DNA from: Alphaproteobacteria bacterium
Lineage (GTDB): Bacteria > Pseudomonadota > Alphaproteobacteria > UBA828
Assembly (NCBI GenBank): GCA_965237415.1
Contig: CBDEFM010000002.1
Coordinates: 1,600,001 to 1,664,000, forward strand
Reading direction: 5' to 3'
Length of the DNA stretch: 64,000 bases
Position numbers and translations under genes: made by a program. This document shows positions 1 through 9,541 of the stretch, piece after piece. Below the pieces are notes generated by a model. That model made no database searches. It was not told the origin of the DNA and was given only the letters and a program-made list of their open reading frames with translations. Each line of letters starts with the position of its first letter. Position 1 is the first letter of the stretch.

Positions 1-665
1 AGAAGGTCGATACGCTCTTCATCATTCAGTTGAAGGAACAAGCGTTCCAAGCGCTTGCCCGCGGGTGAGTCGAGAATGCGAGACCATTCTTCATGCCCAA
101 TTGTTGCCAATCCCGCTCTTCCACGATAGAGGGACGAGACAACATTCTCTTCGGTCGCATCGAGGAGATCGTAAGCAGCAACCAGTTCGGTCAGCTTATC
201 CCGTCCGATGACCAAGGCAGTGGCGGCGGCGGAGATCTTGTCTGCGACCCCATGCGCTCCGATGTATTGGACATCCACATCCAAGGCGCTATCCGCGACC
301 GCATCTCTGAGCCTCCGATCCGCCGTTATCAGCGTCGACCCGGTTGCTTCGGCGCACGCGATGTAGAGGCAGTCGTAGACCGGATGGTCGATTTGCGCGG
401 CAACTTGAGCGGCACGCTCAATCAGATCGGCACTCGAACTTAGAACGACTGCCTGTCGAACTCTGGAAAGCTCCTGGAAATAAGCTTGAGGATCGCCGAT
501 CTCGCGCAGGCGAGCCTTCTTCCAGAATATGTTCGCCAGTTCGACAAGCACGAAATCGGGCGCGAACCGTTCAAGCCGGTGCCCCAGCAGTACACGCGCC
601 TCCTCCGAATGGGTCTCCGACACGTACCACTTGACGACAACGCTGGCATCAACGGTCAGCTTCAC
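1..665 (-). CDS. PIN-domain (VapC-like) toxin with long C-terminal extension; runs off the window edge
   Basis: Absent from the ORF track because there is no stop in the window. Manual translation from GTG at 665, which overlaps the antitoxin TGA (GTGA): VKLTVDASVVVKW...ELANIFWKK...HPVYDCLYIACAEATGSTLITADRRL, then about 100 further in-frame codons to position 1. Confidence 0.88.
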   Translation of the reverse strand, partial: MKLTVDASVVVKWYVSETHSEEARVLLGHRLERFAPDFVLVELANIFWKKARLREIGDPQAYFQELSRVRQAVVLSSSADLIERAAQVAAQIDHPVYDCLYIACAEATGSTLITADRRLRDAVADSALDVDVQYIGAHGVADKISAAATALVIGRDKLTELVAAYDLLDATEENVVSSLYRGRAGLATIGHEEWSRILDSPAGKRLERLFLQLNDEERIDL

Positions 666-898
666 CGATCGCGATCCTGCCGTAGAAGATCGACGCTGTC
701 TGTCTGGGGCACATCCGCCGTTTCGCGGGCGAGCTCGGCCGTGCGTTCCCTGAATGCGGCCATGCGGAGACGGTGGTTCACCTCCTGGCTGAGCACGTAA
801 CGCAACTCGGCCTCCAGCGAGCGCTGGTTGGCCTTGGCCTGCGCCTTCAGCGCATCGATCACCCGATCGTCGAGGTTTCGGATCGTCACGTTGCCCAT
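662..898 (-). CDS. Ribbon-helix-helix antitoxin (FitA/Arc-like)
   Basis: MGNVTIRNLDDRVIDALKAQAKANQRSLEAELR matches the FitA-type RHH pattern; GGGAGG RBS; coupled to the PIN gene. Confidence 0.88.
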   Translation of the reverse strand: MGNVTIRNLDDRVIDALKAQAKANQRSLEAELRYVLSQEVNHRLRMAAFRERTAELARETADVPQTDSVDLLRQDRDR

Positions 899-1065
899 GG
901 GTCGCCTCCCTTGTTTGATAGCGTATTGCTAGCATATCGCCATCGCTTGGGCAATGGATACGGATGGGCGTGTGGACGGCAATGGGTGGCAGGCGCAGCG
1001 TGACAGCGCCGGGGCTCTCCGTCACCCTTGGCGGCCACTACTGGCGAGATGCGCGAGACCAACCC

Positions 1066-1403
1066 ATGCGAGCAATCCGCTGCCTGAGAGAGTTCTCGAT
1101 CGCCGCAGTGACCGCCATCGCGCTTTGGGCCTCGCCTTCTCCTTCGACGCACGCAGGCCGCCCGGCGCGCGCCTGACGAGCGTCACGGTGGGCGGCATGC
1201 CGCTGGAGGACGGCAAGACCTATACGCTCGCCACCAACGATTTTCTCGCGCGCGGCGGCGGCGACTATCGCCTGTTCAGGGCCGGCGAGGTGCTGGTCGA
1301 CTCGGCGTCGGGCAGCTTGATGGCCGGCCAGCTCATTGGCCACATCGTCGCAGCCGGCATGGTCGCGCCGGCGATCGAGGGGCGGATCACCCGCCAAAAC
1401 TGA
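1066..1403 (+). pseudogene. Internally deleted 5'-nucleotidase (signal peptide joined out of frame to the C-terminal segment)
   Basis: ATG1066 gives the signal-like MRAIRCLREFSIAAVTAIALWASP. A second frame from about 1125 gives GLAFSFDARRPPGARLTSVTVGG...YTLATNDFLARGG...IEGRIT, the end of the 5'-nucleotidase C-terminal domain. The metallophosphoesterase domain is absent. Confidence 0.7.
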
Positions 1404-1502
1404 CGCGTATCGCGCCCTCGCTATGGGATTGCGGACTGGCCCGTTTCGCGCCACGGTCGCGCCATCCAAGAACCACCTCACTCCGATACGGAGCACGCGA
1501 CG

Positions 1503-2498
1503 ATGACCCTTCTCACGTTCACGCCACGCACCATCCGGACCCTGATTGCCGCACTCGCGACCACGCTGCTGCTGGCGACCGTCGCGCCCTCGCCGGCGGG
1601 CGCGCACGCCATTCGCGACGAGACTCCGCGCATCGCCGTCGTCTCCGCCTTCGCGCCGGAGCTGGCGATCCTTCAGGGGGAGACGGAGGGCGCGTCGGTG
1701 CTCTCGGTGAACGGCATCGCCTTCACCACCGGCACCCTGGAGGGACGCGAGGTCGTCCTCTTCCTGAGCGGGATCAGCGTCGTCAACGCGGCGATGACGG
1801 TGCAGCTCGCCCTCGACCATTTCGCCATCGAGCGCGTCGTGTTCTCCGGCATCGCCGGCGGCGTGGACCCCGGATTGAACATCGGCGATGTCGTGATCGC
1901 GGATCGCTGGGGCCAGTACCTGGAGATGCTCTTCGCCCGCGAGGTGGACGGCGGCTGGGCCACGATGCCCTTCTTCGAGTACCCCTACGCGAACTTCGGC
2001 ATGATGTTCCCGCGCTCCGTCACCGTGCTCCGCCCCGGCGCCGCGCAGCCCGAGACCCGGTTCTGGTTCCCCGTGGACGACGCGCTGCTCGCCGGCGCCC
2101 GCAGCGTGGCGAACGATGCGGCGCTCGCCCGCTACACGGCGGCGGACATGTGCCTGAACGAATCGCCCAGCCTCGTGGTGGGCGGCTCCGGTGTCTCCGG
2201 CAGTGCCTTCATCGACAATGCGGCCTTCCGGACGTGGGCCTTCGAGACCTTCGGCGCGCGTGTGCTGGATATGGAAAGCGCCGCCGTGGCCCACGTTGCC
2301 TACGCCAACGGCGTGCCCTTCATCGCCATCCGCAGCCTCTCCGATCTCGCGGGCGGCGGCGAGGGCGCGAACCAGATGGAGGTCTTTTTGGGCCTCGCTG
2401 CCGGCAACGCGGCGTCCGTCGTCAAGGCGCTGCTGAGAGCGATGCCGGACCGAACCGACACAGGCCGCGCCGGCCTGGGCGCCGTCCGCGTCAGGTGA
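1503..2498 (+). CDS. Exported MTA/SAH nucleosidase-family protein (PNP_UDP_1 fold)
   Basis: Signal peptide ending AGA-HA; FSGIAGG, LDMESAAVAHVA and IRSLSDLAG motifs. Confidence 0.85.
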   Translation: MTLLTFTPRTIRTLIAALATTLLLATVAPSPAGAHAIRDETPRIAVVSAFAPELAILQGETEGASVLSVNGIAFTTGTLEGREVVLFLSGISVVNAAMTVQLALDHFAIERVVFSGIAGGVDPGLNIGDVVIADRWGQYLEMLFAREVDGGWATMPFFEYPYANFGMMFPRSVTVLRPGAAQPETRFWFPVDDALLAGARSVANDAALARYTAADMCLNESPSLVVGGSGVSGSAFIDNAAFRTWAFETFGARVLDMESAAVAHVAYANGVPFIAIRSLSDLAGGGEGANQMEVFLGLAAGNAASVVKALLRAMPDRTDTGRAGLGAVRVR

Positions 2499-3129
2499 CG
2501 AAGGGAATGAGCACCATGACGGCGAGGGTTGCGACGGCAACCCCGATCACCAGCGCCGCACCATAGCGGTGCTCGATCAGCCGCCGCGCCCTGGGGCCCA
2601 AATACCAGAGCACCCCGGCCTCGACGTAGAAGCGCATGCCTCTGGCGACGAGCGAGGCCAGGAGGAAGGCGCCGACATCGAGCCCGGCCGCGCCGCTCGC
2701 GATGGCGACCAGCTTGTAAGGCAACGGAGTCAGCGCGCCGGCGGCGACGAACCACGCGCCCCACGTGTCCCTGTACTCGTAGAACGTCGTAAGGTCGCCG
2801 GAGTGGCCGGAGAGGGCCAGCAAAGGCTCCCCCAGCCAGTCGTAGAGAAAGTAGCCGATCATGTAGCCGGTGAGGCCGCCGCCGACCGACGATACGGTGG
2901 CGATGCCGGCGAAGAACCAGGCCTTGGCGCGCTTCGCGAGCACCATCGGGATGAGCAGAAGGTCCGGCGGCAGCGGCAGGAACAGGCTCTGCAGGTAGCA
3001 GAGCCCCGCCAGCACCCAGACGGCACGGCGCGTGCCGGCGCTCTCGAACGCCCAGTCGTAGAGCCGCCGGACGAGGTTGCGCTCCCTTCTCGCCGCGGGC
3101 GTGGCGCTGTTGTCGGTCATGTCGGACAT
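2491..3129 (-). CDS. YqaA/DedA-family membrane protein
   Basis: SLFLPLPPDLLLIPM, SVGGG..GY and TPLPYKLVAIASG motifs; hydrophobic. Confidence 0.85.
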   Translation of the reverse strand: MSDMTDNSATPAARRERNLVRRLYDWAFESAGTRRAVWVLAGLCYLQSLFLPLPPDLLLIPMVLAKRAKAWFFAGIATVSSVGGGLTGYMIGYFLYDWLGEPLLALSGHSGDLTTFYEYRDTWGAWFVAAGALTPLPYKLVAIASGAAGLDVGAFLLASLVARGMRFYVEAGVLWYLGPRARRLIEHRYGAALVIGVAVATLAVMVLIPFVT

Positions 3130-3184
3130 GTGTGAACGGTCGCGGAGTTACAGCCCACCAGCGCGGGTTGCCGGACTCGGAGTC

Positions 3185-3247
3185 TAGCCCGGAATTCCCA
3201 CCACGGTCATGGTCCGCGCGGCGCTTTCCGGCCGAGAGAGCAGGAAA
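3185..3247 (+). repeat. Partial copy (left end) of the 207-bp MITE family
   Basis: TAGCCCGGAATTCCCACCACGGTCATGGTCCGCGCGGCGCT... aligns with 5382-5444. Confidence 0.75.
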
Positions 3248-3400
3248 CCGAGAACCGGAGCCACGACATGTTCCATGCCGTATCCGAACCCAGCGATCCC
3301 CACGCCCTGCCGGGCCTGCGTACCCTATTCCAACCCTGGCCCGCGGACCGGGAAGCAGGGCGCCGGACTGCCGCACCCTCTCGGCGGTTGGTTACAAGGC

Positions 3401-4249
3401 TCACGATTCTCGCCGCGCGGCGAAGAACCGGCAGAGCTCGGCGTCCGGCACCTGCTGCTCGGAATACGTGAATGTGCCGTGGCCACGCATCTCCTCTGCT
3501 GCTCGCCGGATCAGGCCAAAAGTGGCCCGGGCGAGCGACCCGCCGATACTCACCCGCTTCACCCCCAGGTCCTCGAGTTGGCTTACGCTCATCGGACTAC
3601 CGGCGAGACCCATGACCACGTTGACCGGCCCGTCCGCTTCCATCACCAGCCTGCCGATGGTCTCGGCGTCCTTGATACCGGGCACATAGAGGCAGTCCGC
3701 GCCTGCTTCCCGATACATGTTGACCCTTGCCACCGATTCCTCGAACGGCTTCGGGTGTCCCATGAGATAGCATTCGGCCCTCGCGGTCAGGGTAAACGGA
3801 AACGCAAGGGACGCGGCGGCGGTTGCCGCAGCCTCGATCCTCTCCACCGACAGCGCACGATCGTAAAGACCGCCCGTGCCATAAGCGGCTGCATAGTCTT
3901 CGATACTGGCTCCCACCGCGCCAGTGTCGGCCACCCTGCGGATGGTCTCGGCCACCTCTTCCGGCGTATGTCCGTAGCCGTTTTCCGCATCCACACTGAC
4001 CGGTATCCGAAGCGCACCCGCAATCCGGCCGGTCTCCTCCAGCGCCGCGTCCCGGCTGAGCGCTCCTTCATAGTCGGGGAGCCCCAGACAGAAGGCGATA
4101 CCCGCGCTGGTGGTGCCGACTGCGGGGAAACCCGCTGCTTCCAGCATGCAGGCGCTGCCTGCATTCCATGCGTTCGGCATCACGAATATGCCGTCGCCCG
4201 AATGCAGATCCTTGAATGCCCGCCCCTTGCCCGCCCGCATTTCACTCAA
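3401..4249 (-). CDS. Isocitrate lyase/PEP mutase-family protein
   Basis: MPNAWNAGSA, GTTSAGIA, VSVDAENGYG, GASIED and ARAE motifs. Start uncertain (4249 or 4240). Confidence 0.85.
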   Translation of the reverse strand: MSEMRAGKGRAFKDLHSGDGIFVMPNAWNAGSACMLEAAGFPAVGTTSAGIAFCLGLPDYEGALSRDAALEETGRIAGALRIPVSVDAENGYGHTPEEVAETIRRVADTGAVGASIEDYAAAYGTGGLYDRALSVERIEAAATAAASLAFPFTLTARAECYLMGHPKPFEESVARVNMYREAGADCLYVPGIKDAETIGRLVMEADGPVNVVMGLAGSPMSVSQLEDLGVKRVSIGGSLARATFGLIRRAAEEMRGHGTFTYSEQQVPDAELCRFFAARRES

Positions 4250-4635
4250 CGATTCAATCCCCGCGTGTAGGAAGGCCGGCCAATGCATTGGCGACCTGCC
4301 CATAAGGTGGACCGGCTCGACTCTTAGTCGAGCGCTGTCGGCAAAGCCATGCTTGAAGTGGTCTACGGCGAAGTCACGCAGCCGGGTCTGGAGCGTGTCG
4401 GCGATGCGGGCGAGGACATGCAACCGGTCCGCCGGGCCGTCGAGAAGAAGCTCGGCGACTGCGGGGCCGAGATGCGAGGCCGGGATGTTGCTCGGCGCCG
4501 GATATTAAGTGAGCATCGAGGACAACGCAGTCATCGGCTCGGCGATGGTTCGCGTCCAGCCCTTCGGCGAAGGTCAAACCCGCGCCTGGCTGACGAACGA
4601 GCCTGCCGCGATCGATGCCGCCCAACTGCCGGACC

Positions 4636-5229
4636 ATGACCGCGACTCATTCGGATCACGCGCTGGCCACCCGCTTCCTGGATGTGGTCGAGCACGACAT
4701 CGTTCCCCTGACGCGGGCGGGCGTGGAGCGCGGCGACAAGGTGTTCGGCGGCGCGATCCTCCGCAAGTCGGACCTGTCGCTCGTCATCGCTGGAACCAAC
4801 CGTGAGACCCAGAACCCGCTATTCCACGGAGAGGTAGCCACCCTGAACGCGTTCTTCGCGCTGTCCGGGCCAGCGCGTCCTGCACCTGAGGATTGCCTGT
4901 TCCTGTCGACCCATGAGCCCTGCTCGTTATGCCTGTCGGCGATCACCTGGGCCGGGTTCGACAACTTCCACTACCTCTTCGGCTACGAGGACACCCGAGA
5001 CGCCTTCAACATCCCCCATGACCTGAAGATCCTAAGCGAGGTCTTCCGCATCGAGAACGGAGACTATGCCCGCGAGAACGCGTTCTGGCGAAGCCGATCC
5101 ATTGACGATCTCATCGGCAGCGAGAGCGAAGATATGAAGAGGCGGATCCGCCGCCTTCGGTCGCTTTATGACGAGCTCTCCTCCGTGTACCAGGCGTCGA
5201 AGAGGGGCAGCGACATCCCGCTGCGCTGA
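4636..5229 (+). CDS. Zn-dependent nucleoside/nucleobase deaminase
   Basis: HGE ... EPCSLC zinc-binding motif. Confidence 0.85.
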   Translation: MTATHSDHALATRFLDVVEHDIVPLTRAGVERGDKVFGGAILRKSDLSLVIAGTNRETQNPLFHGEVATLNAFFALSGPARPAPEDCLFLSTHEPCSLCLSAITWAGFDNFHYLFGYEDTRDAFNIPHDLKILSEVFRIENGDYARENAFWRSRSIDDLIGSESEDMKRRIRRLRSLYDELSSVYQASKRGSDIPLR

Positions 5230-5381
5230 CGAGAGTGGCCATGCGCCCACCGCGTCCACCGGGCACGGATTCATCCATCTGGCGTAGCCGCTGTGACTCT
5301 CGCGGAGATTGACGCGCGGCTTTCACCCTGATCGCTGCGCCACAGAAGCAAGCCTCCGCTGAAGGCCGTAATCTATGCGGC

Positions 5382-5592
5382 TAGCCCGCATTTCTCACCA
5401 AGGTCATGGTCTGCGCGGCGCTGTCCGGCCGACAGAGCAGGAACGGCGCGCAGCGCAGCGCGCGTCCACGCGCGCGGAGCGCACGATGCGGGCCTCAACC
5501 GTAGCTCCAGCTACGCTCTCTTCGGTCCGCTCCTGGCGGATCGAACGTCTGGGCGCGACGCGGGCCGCGACCGTGGTGAGAAATCCGGGCTA
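5382..5592. mobile_element. 207-bp MITE (5384-5590) with terminal inverted repeats, flanked by TA
   Basis: Left GCCCGCATTTCTCACCAAGGTC versus reverse-complemented right end GCCCGGATTTCTCACCACGGTC (22 bp, 2 mismatches). TA on both sides; related copies elsewhere in the window. Confidence 0.8.
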
Positions 5593-6900
5593 CCCCTTAA
5601 ACAGCTTCCGGTCCTTGCGCTTGTGCCACGCCACCGCGAGCGGCATGAACCAGGGGCGGCCGGTGTAGAACGGCTTGGTCGGGAAGGGCCGCCCGTCGAA
5701 GGCGGACTTGGCTTCCGGGTCGCCCAGCACCCGAAGCGCGGTCTTGTGGCCGAGATAGGTGCCCATGGGCACGCCGGACCCGCACCAGCCCATGGCGTAC
5801 TCGACGCCGTCGTGGCTCCCGGTGTGGGGCATCATGTCGAAGGTGAAGGCGGTCTTGCCGGTCCAGCAATGGCTGATCTTCACGCCTTCCAGCGCCGGCA
5901 CGATATGCACCATGGCATCGCGCAGGGTGCGTGCCTTGCGTTCGAGGTCGGCAGGCGGCTCCGCGCTGAGCCCGCCGAAGAGAATCCGCGTGCCGTCCTC
6001 GTTGGGCCGAAGCCAGCAGGGCGAATAGCGGTGCTCGAGCATCGGGCGCGCGCCCGGCGCGATCTCCTCGACCCGCTCCGGGGGCAACGGCTCGGTCGCG
6101 ATCATGAAGGCATCGACCGGTATCACCCGCCGACGCAGCCACTGCGCGGCCTTGGGCGTATAGCCGTTGGTCGCCACGATCACGTGGCCCGCCCGCACCG
6201 TGCCGCGCGGCGTCGCGATGCGGAAGCCGCTGCCGCTGCGCTCGATGGCCTGCACCGGGCAGTGGCTCACGATCTGCGCGCCGTCGCGGGCGGCGCGCTC
6301 CAGCAGGCCCGCATGATAGAGGCCCGGGTGGATCGTGCCGTTGCCGCGCAGGATCTGGCCGCCGTGGTAGCGCCCTTTGCGGTAGGCGGGCGGCGCCGCT
6401 TCGGGCTCGACCATCTCCGCATCCACCGGGACCCCGTCCTCCCGCATCATGGCGAGGTCGCGCGCGAGGCTGTCGAACACGCGCTTGGAGGGCGCCGCGA
6501 TGAAGCGCCCGGTGTTGCGATAGAAGCAGGCGATCTGCTCTCGCTCGATCAGGGACGACGCATAGTCATGGGCGGCGATCGCCGCGCGGCAGACTTGCGC
6601 CGCGCGTTCGCGCCCGAGCTTCGGCACCATCTCGCCATACTTGTGCCAGACCTGGCGACCGAGGTAGCCGGCGTTGCGCGTGCTGGCGCCGTGCCCTGCG
6701 GCCTCGCCATCGAGCACCACCACGTCGCTGCCGCGGCGGGCGAGCGTGAGCGCGGCGGAAAGCCCCACGTTGCCCGCACCCACGATCACCGTCTCCGCCG
6801 CGGCCGGCGGCACGGCCTCCATCGCCTCCGGCCGCGGCGCCAAGTCCCACCAATACGGCGTCGCCTTGAAATCCTCCGTCAGCACCGCGCTGCTCGCCAT
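5590..6900 (-). CDS. FAD-dependent oxidoreductase (DAO/PuuB-like)
   Basis: VIVGAGNVGLSAA, GASTRNAG, VATNGYT and C-terminal GWCGSGV motifs. Confidence 0.88.
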   Translation of the reverse strand: MASSAVLTEDFKATPYWWDLAPRPEAMEAVPPAAAETVIVGAGNVGLSAALTLARRGSDVVVLDGEAAGHGASTRNAGYLGRQVWHKYGEMVPKLGRERAAQVCRAAIAAHDYASSLIEREQIACFYRNTGRFIAAPSKRVFDSLARDLAMMREDGVPVDAEMVEPEAAPPAYRKGRYHGGQILRGNGTIHPGLYHAGLLERAARDGAQIVSHCPVQAIERSGSGFRIATPRGTVRAGHVIVATNGYTPKAAQWLRRRVIPVDAFMIATEPLPPERVEEIAPGARPMLEHRYSPCWLRPNEDGTRILFGGLSAEPPADLERKARTLRDAMVHIVPALEGVKISHCWTGKTAFTFDMMPHTGSHDGVEYAMGWCGSGVPMGTYLGHKTALRVLGDPEAKSAFDGRPFPTKPFYTGRPWFMPLAVAWHKRKDRKLFKG

Positions 6901-6952
6901 CGCACCCTCCGGGCTTCGGTACGCCGTACGGTACCGCGGCCCGAGCGTTCAA

Positions 6953-7268
6953 CACTACGCCGACGCGATGTAGGCGGTGCTCAATACCTACCTCGTCACC
7001 TGCAACCGCATGAGCCCCTACCGGGGTCGCGCTATGAACGGCGGGTCGCCTTGCCAGGCGTTCAAGAACGACTTGGCGAGCCCCGACAAGTCCGCCACCA
7101 TCACGACAGAGGAAGAACGAAAGGCCGCTTGATCATCCCCCCAGCCGCAAAGCGGCTAACGGGGCGGCACTGTCAGGCCATTACCATCTCTGCACAAGCT
7201 GCTTGATCATTCCCCCGGGCCACAAAGCGGCTACCGGGGCGGCAGCGTGCGACAAAATACTCTGTACA
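6953..7268 (+). mobile_element. Degenerate IS481-family remnant (transposase C-terminus plus duplicated right end)
   Basis: Frame reads ADAM*AVLNTYLVTCNRMSPYRGRAMNGGSPCQAFK...EEERKAA* (stop 7132), resembling the IS481-type YN..RPHQGRGMNG.TP..AF motif. It is followed by TGTCAGGCCATTACCATCTCTGCACA (7171-7196) and a second decayed end ...CTCTGTACA (7268). Confidence 0.65.
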
Positions 7269-7587
7269 GACTGACGAATCGGATTGCAGAAGCCGATATC
7301 TATCTCAGCACACCAGAAAGATTACCAATCTTGTACAGCGAGATGGCGATTGTGGTATCAAAACCTTCCGCTCATATCCCTCCTCTACTATTCGCTTCCC
7401 TATCTTGTCATTTGGCCGCTGACAATTAGGAAAGTTTCGCTGTCCGTTCCCAATTTCCTCAGCTCGACGAACATCAGAGATCATGCACGTCACTGCTTCA
7501 CCAAGCCCAATCTAAGTGTCCACTTCAATTTCGCAAAGCCCTCCTAAATTCGTCCCGCTCCGCAGACTAACTTGACCGAACGACCAC

Positions 7588-7926
7588 TCAAAATCTCCAT
7601 TCAAATCCACAACCAAAATCTTTGCAAACCCACTTGCACTTTGAAATGGATGGCAATAGCGTTGTCCACGTATGAATCTCTGAATCTTGTTGACCTAGCA
7701 CTCCGATACTTACCGCCTGTCCTGGAATACCGTACGCTTCCAACAGGGCGTGCACTTCTGACAGGAATTCTGGAAGCCTGTCCTTGATTTTCGGATTGTT
7801 TGCTATACAAGAGCAGTCACAGCAATCGTAACTGCAGCAAGCGGTGGAGTGTTCATCTGCCCGCGCAAATGCGGAAGACAGTAGAATTGCGCCCAACACA
7901 ATTGATACGGCTAAGGACTTAAGCAT
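7588..7926 (-). CDS. Small secreted cysteine-rich protein, unknown function
   Basis: AAAGGAG RBS before ATG7926; signal peptide MLKSLAVSIVLGAILLSSAFARA; CCSYDCCDCSC and CKWVCKDFGC clusters; AT-richer segment. Confidence 0.65.
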   Translation of the reverse strand: MLKSLAVSIVLGAILLSSAFARADEHSTACCSYDCCDCSCIANNPKIKDRLPEFLSEVHALLEAYGIPGQAVSIGVLGQQDSEIHTWTTLLPSISKCKWVCKDFGCGFEWRF

Positions 7927-8439
7927 TGGGTATCTCCTTTCCTGCTGCCTGACTTTCGCCATATTTGATCCGCAGATGGCTAGTTCGAACGATAACTCGG
8001 CGCGTCAGCCGCGTGACCCAGTGAGCCTCCCGCCCGATTGCGACCCAAGTGTTCCTCAGATGCCTGCCTGTCGCCATCGGCGTGCCGGTTTGGTCTCCGT
8101 CCATGAGATACCAGTAATAGCAGAAGAGATATATCTAAGCAAGCATTTCTGTAAATCAGTTTATTGAACGGCACCTCGACCGGCTGCGAGAGCGCCGCGG
8201 AGGAGCCGCCTATCACGCGCCTCGGTTCGCGGTTGTCTCAATAGACCCACTGTGGAGCGGACTACGCCGAGGACGCGCCGGTTGCAGCGGCGGAGCGGGG
8301 CGCGGGCAGTCGGATCGCCGGCCGGGCGCCGTCTCGACAGACCCAGCTTCAGGCTGCCAGCGTCGCGCCCGGTCGGCTATTCTAGAGGGGCATAGCCGCG
8401 AACGGCCGGCCGTGGGCGAGGACAGAGGTTGGGGAGATT

Positions 8440-8883
8440 ATGGGACGCGTCGGAATTTGCGGGGTAGCGGCCACTGCCCTGATGGTTGCGGGATTCGCGG
8501 GAAGCGCGCTTGCCGACCCCAAGGGCGTCTGGCTCAGCGGGTCAGGCAAGTCGTATGTGAAGATTCATCCCTGCGAGGACGACAACGAGAAGCTGTGCGG
8601 CGAGATCGTGTGGCTCAGGAGTCCCCTCGGCAAGGACGGTAAGCCCAGGCGCGACATCCACAACGACAACAAATCGCTCCGCGACCGGCCGATCATGGGC
8701 CTCCGCGTGCTGTGGGACCTGGAGGACGATGGCGGCGGCGAGTGGGACGACGGCGAGATCTACAATCCCGAGGACGGCGAGTCCTACGACGCCGAAATGG
8801 AAGAGGTCGACGCGAACACGCTCAAAGTGAGGGGCTGCGTGTGGTTCCTCTGCAAGACGCAGACCTGGGAGCGGGTGGAATAA
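8440..8883 (+). CDS. DUF2147-family secreted protein
   Basis: Signal peptide; DPKGVW, LCGEIVW, WDDGEIYNPEDG.SY and LKVRGC...CKTQTW motifs. Confidence 0.88.
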   Translation: MGRVGICGVAATALMVAGFAGSALADPKGVWLSGSGKSYVKIHPCEDDNEKLCGEIVWLRSPLGKDGKPRRDIHNDNKSLRDRPIMGLRVLWDLEDDGGGEWDDGEIYNPEDGESYDAEMEEVDANTLKVRGCVWFLCKTQTWERVE

Positions 8884-8913
8884 TCAGGCAGCGGCGCCCG
8901 GATATACTTCTTC

Positions 8914-9003
8914 ATATCCCTCAGACGCCGGGCGCTCGCGCCGCTCGCTTGGCTTCGCGCTACGCGCGCGGCGCGGTCGCGCCGTCCGGGCCTGACGGCC
9001 CGG
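8914..9003 (+). repeat. GC-rich palindromic intergenic repeat, copy 1
   Basis: ATATCCCTCA..CGCCGGGCGCTCG...GTCGCGCCGTCCGGGCCTGACGGCCCGG; recurs at 26409 and 63690. Confidence 0.8.
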
Positions 9004-9045
9004 TCCTCTTAACATCAAATACCTTGCCGGTGGCCGTTCGAACGC

Positions 9046-9528
9046 TCAGCCCGGCGCGCCGCGCCCCCTCAGCCAGCGCGCAAGCGCCTTGTCGGGATCG
9101 GCGATCTCATCCACCGAGGCATACCAGTACGCCTCCCAACCCACCTCCGGCAGGCCGGTGAAGATCATCAGGTTGAGGGGATAGGCCTCGCTGTCGGTGC
9201 AGCGCCGAAAATCGTCCCGGAACAGGAACACCGGCTTCTCCCAGGCGATCGCCATGCCGAGCTCCACCATCACGCCTTCGTCCGGCGGGCAGCCGTTCAC
9301 CACGGCGAAGATCCCGTCGGCGTCGCGCACGTCGCGCAGGTCCGCCTGGCCGATCTGGTAGGCCCAGCCGGCGGCGGCCTTGTCGATCTGGTTGTTGCGG
9401 GCGAAGGGCTCCCAGACCTCGGCGCCGAGCGCTTCCAGCGCCGCGACCAGCGCCTGGAGCGGCCCGGCGTTCTGCTGGGCGGAGAAGCCGTAGGGGTTCG
9501 CCAGGTAAAGCGTCTTGGCAGCAGGCAT
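9046..9528 (-). CDS. Nucleoside 2-deoxyribosyltransferase-family protein
   Basis: LYLANPYGFS, D...V..AD and PDEGVMVELGMA motifs. Confidence 0.85.
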   Translation of the reverse strand: MPAAKTLYLANPYGFSAQQNAGPLQALVAALEALGAEVWEPFARNNQIDKAAAGWAYQIGQADLRDVRDADGIFAVVNGCPPDEGVMVELGMAIAWEKPVFLFRDDFRRCTDSEAYPLNLMIFTGLPEVGWEAYWYASVDEIADPDKALARWLRGRGAPG

Positions 9529-9541
9529 GGCGCCGTCCCGC

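Noticed and set aside
4250-4510. In-frame upstream extension of the PEP mutase-family gene
   Set aside because: It may be a remnant of another gene, but no motif is recognisable, so it was not called.
7127-7244. Two 43-44-bp repeats with a 31-bp spacer, resembling a mini-CRISPR
   Set aside because: Only two imperfect units and no cas genes; the spacer looks like an IS481 terminal sequence.
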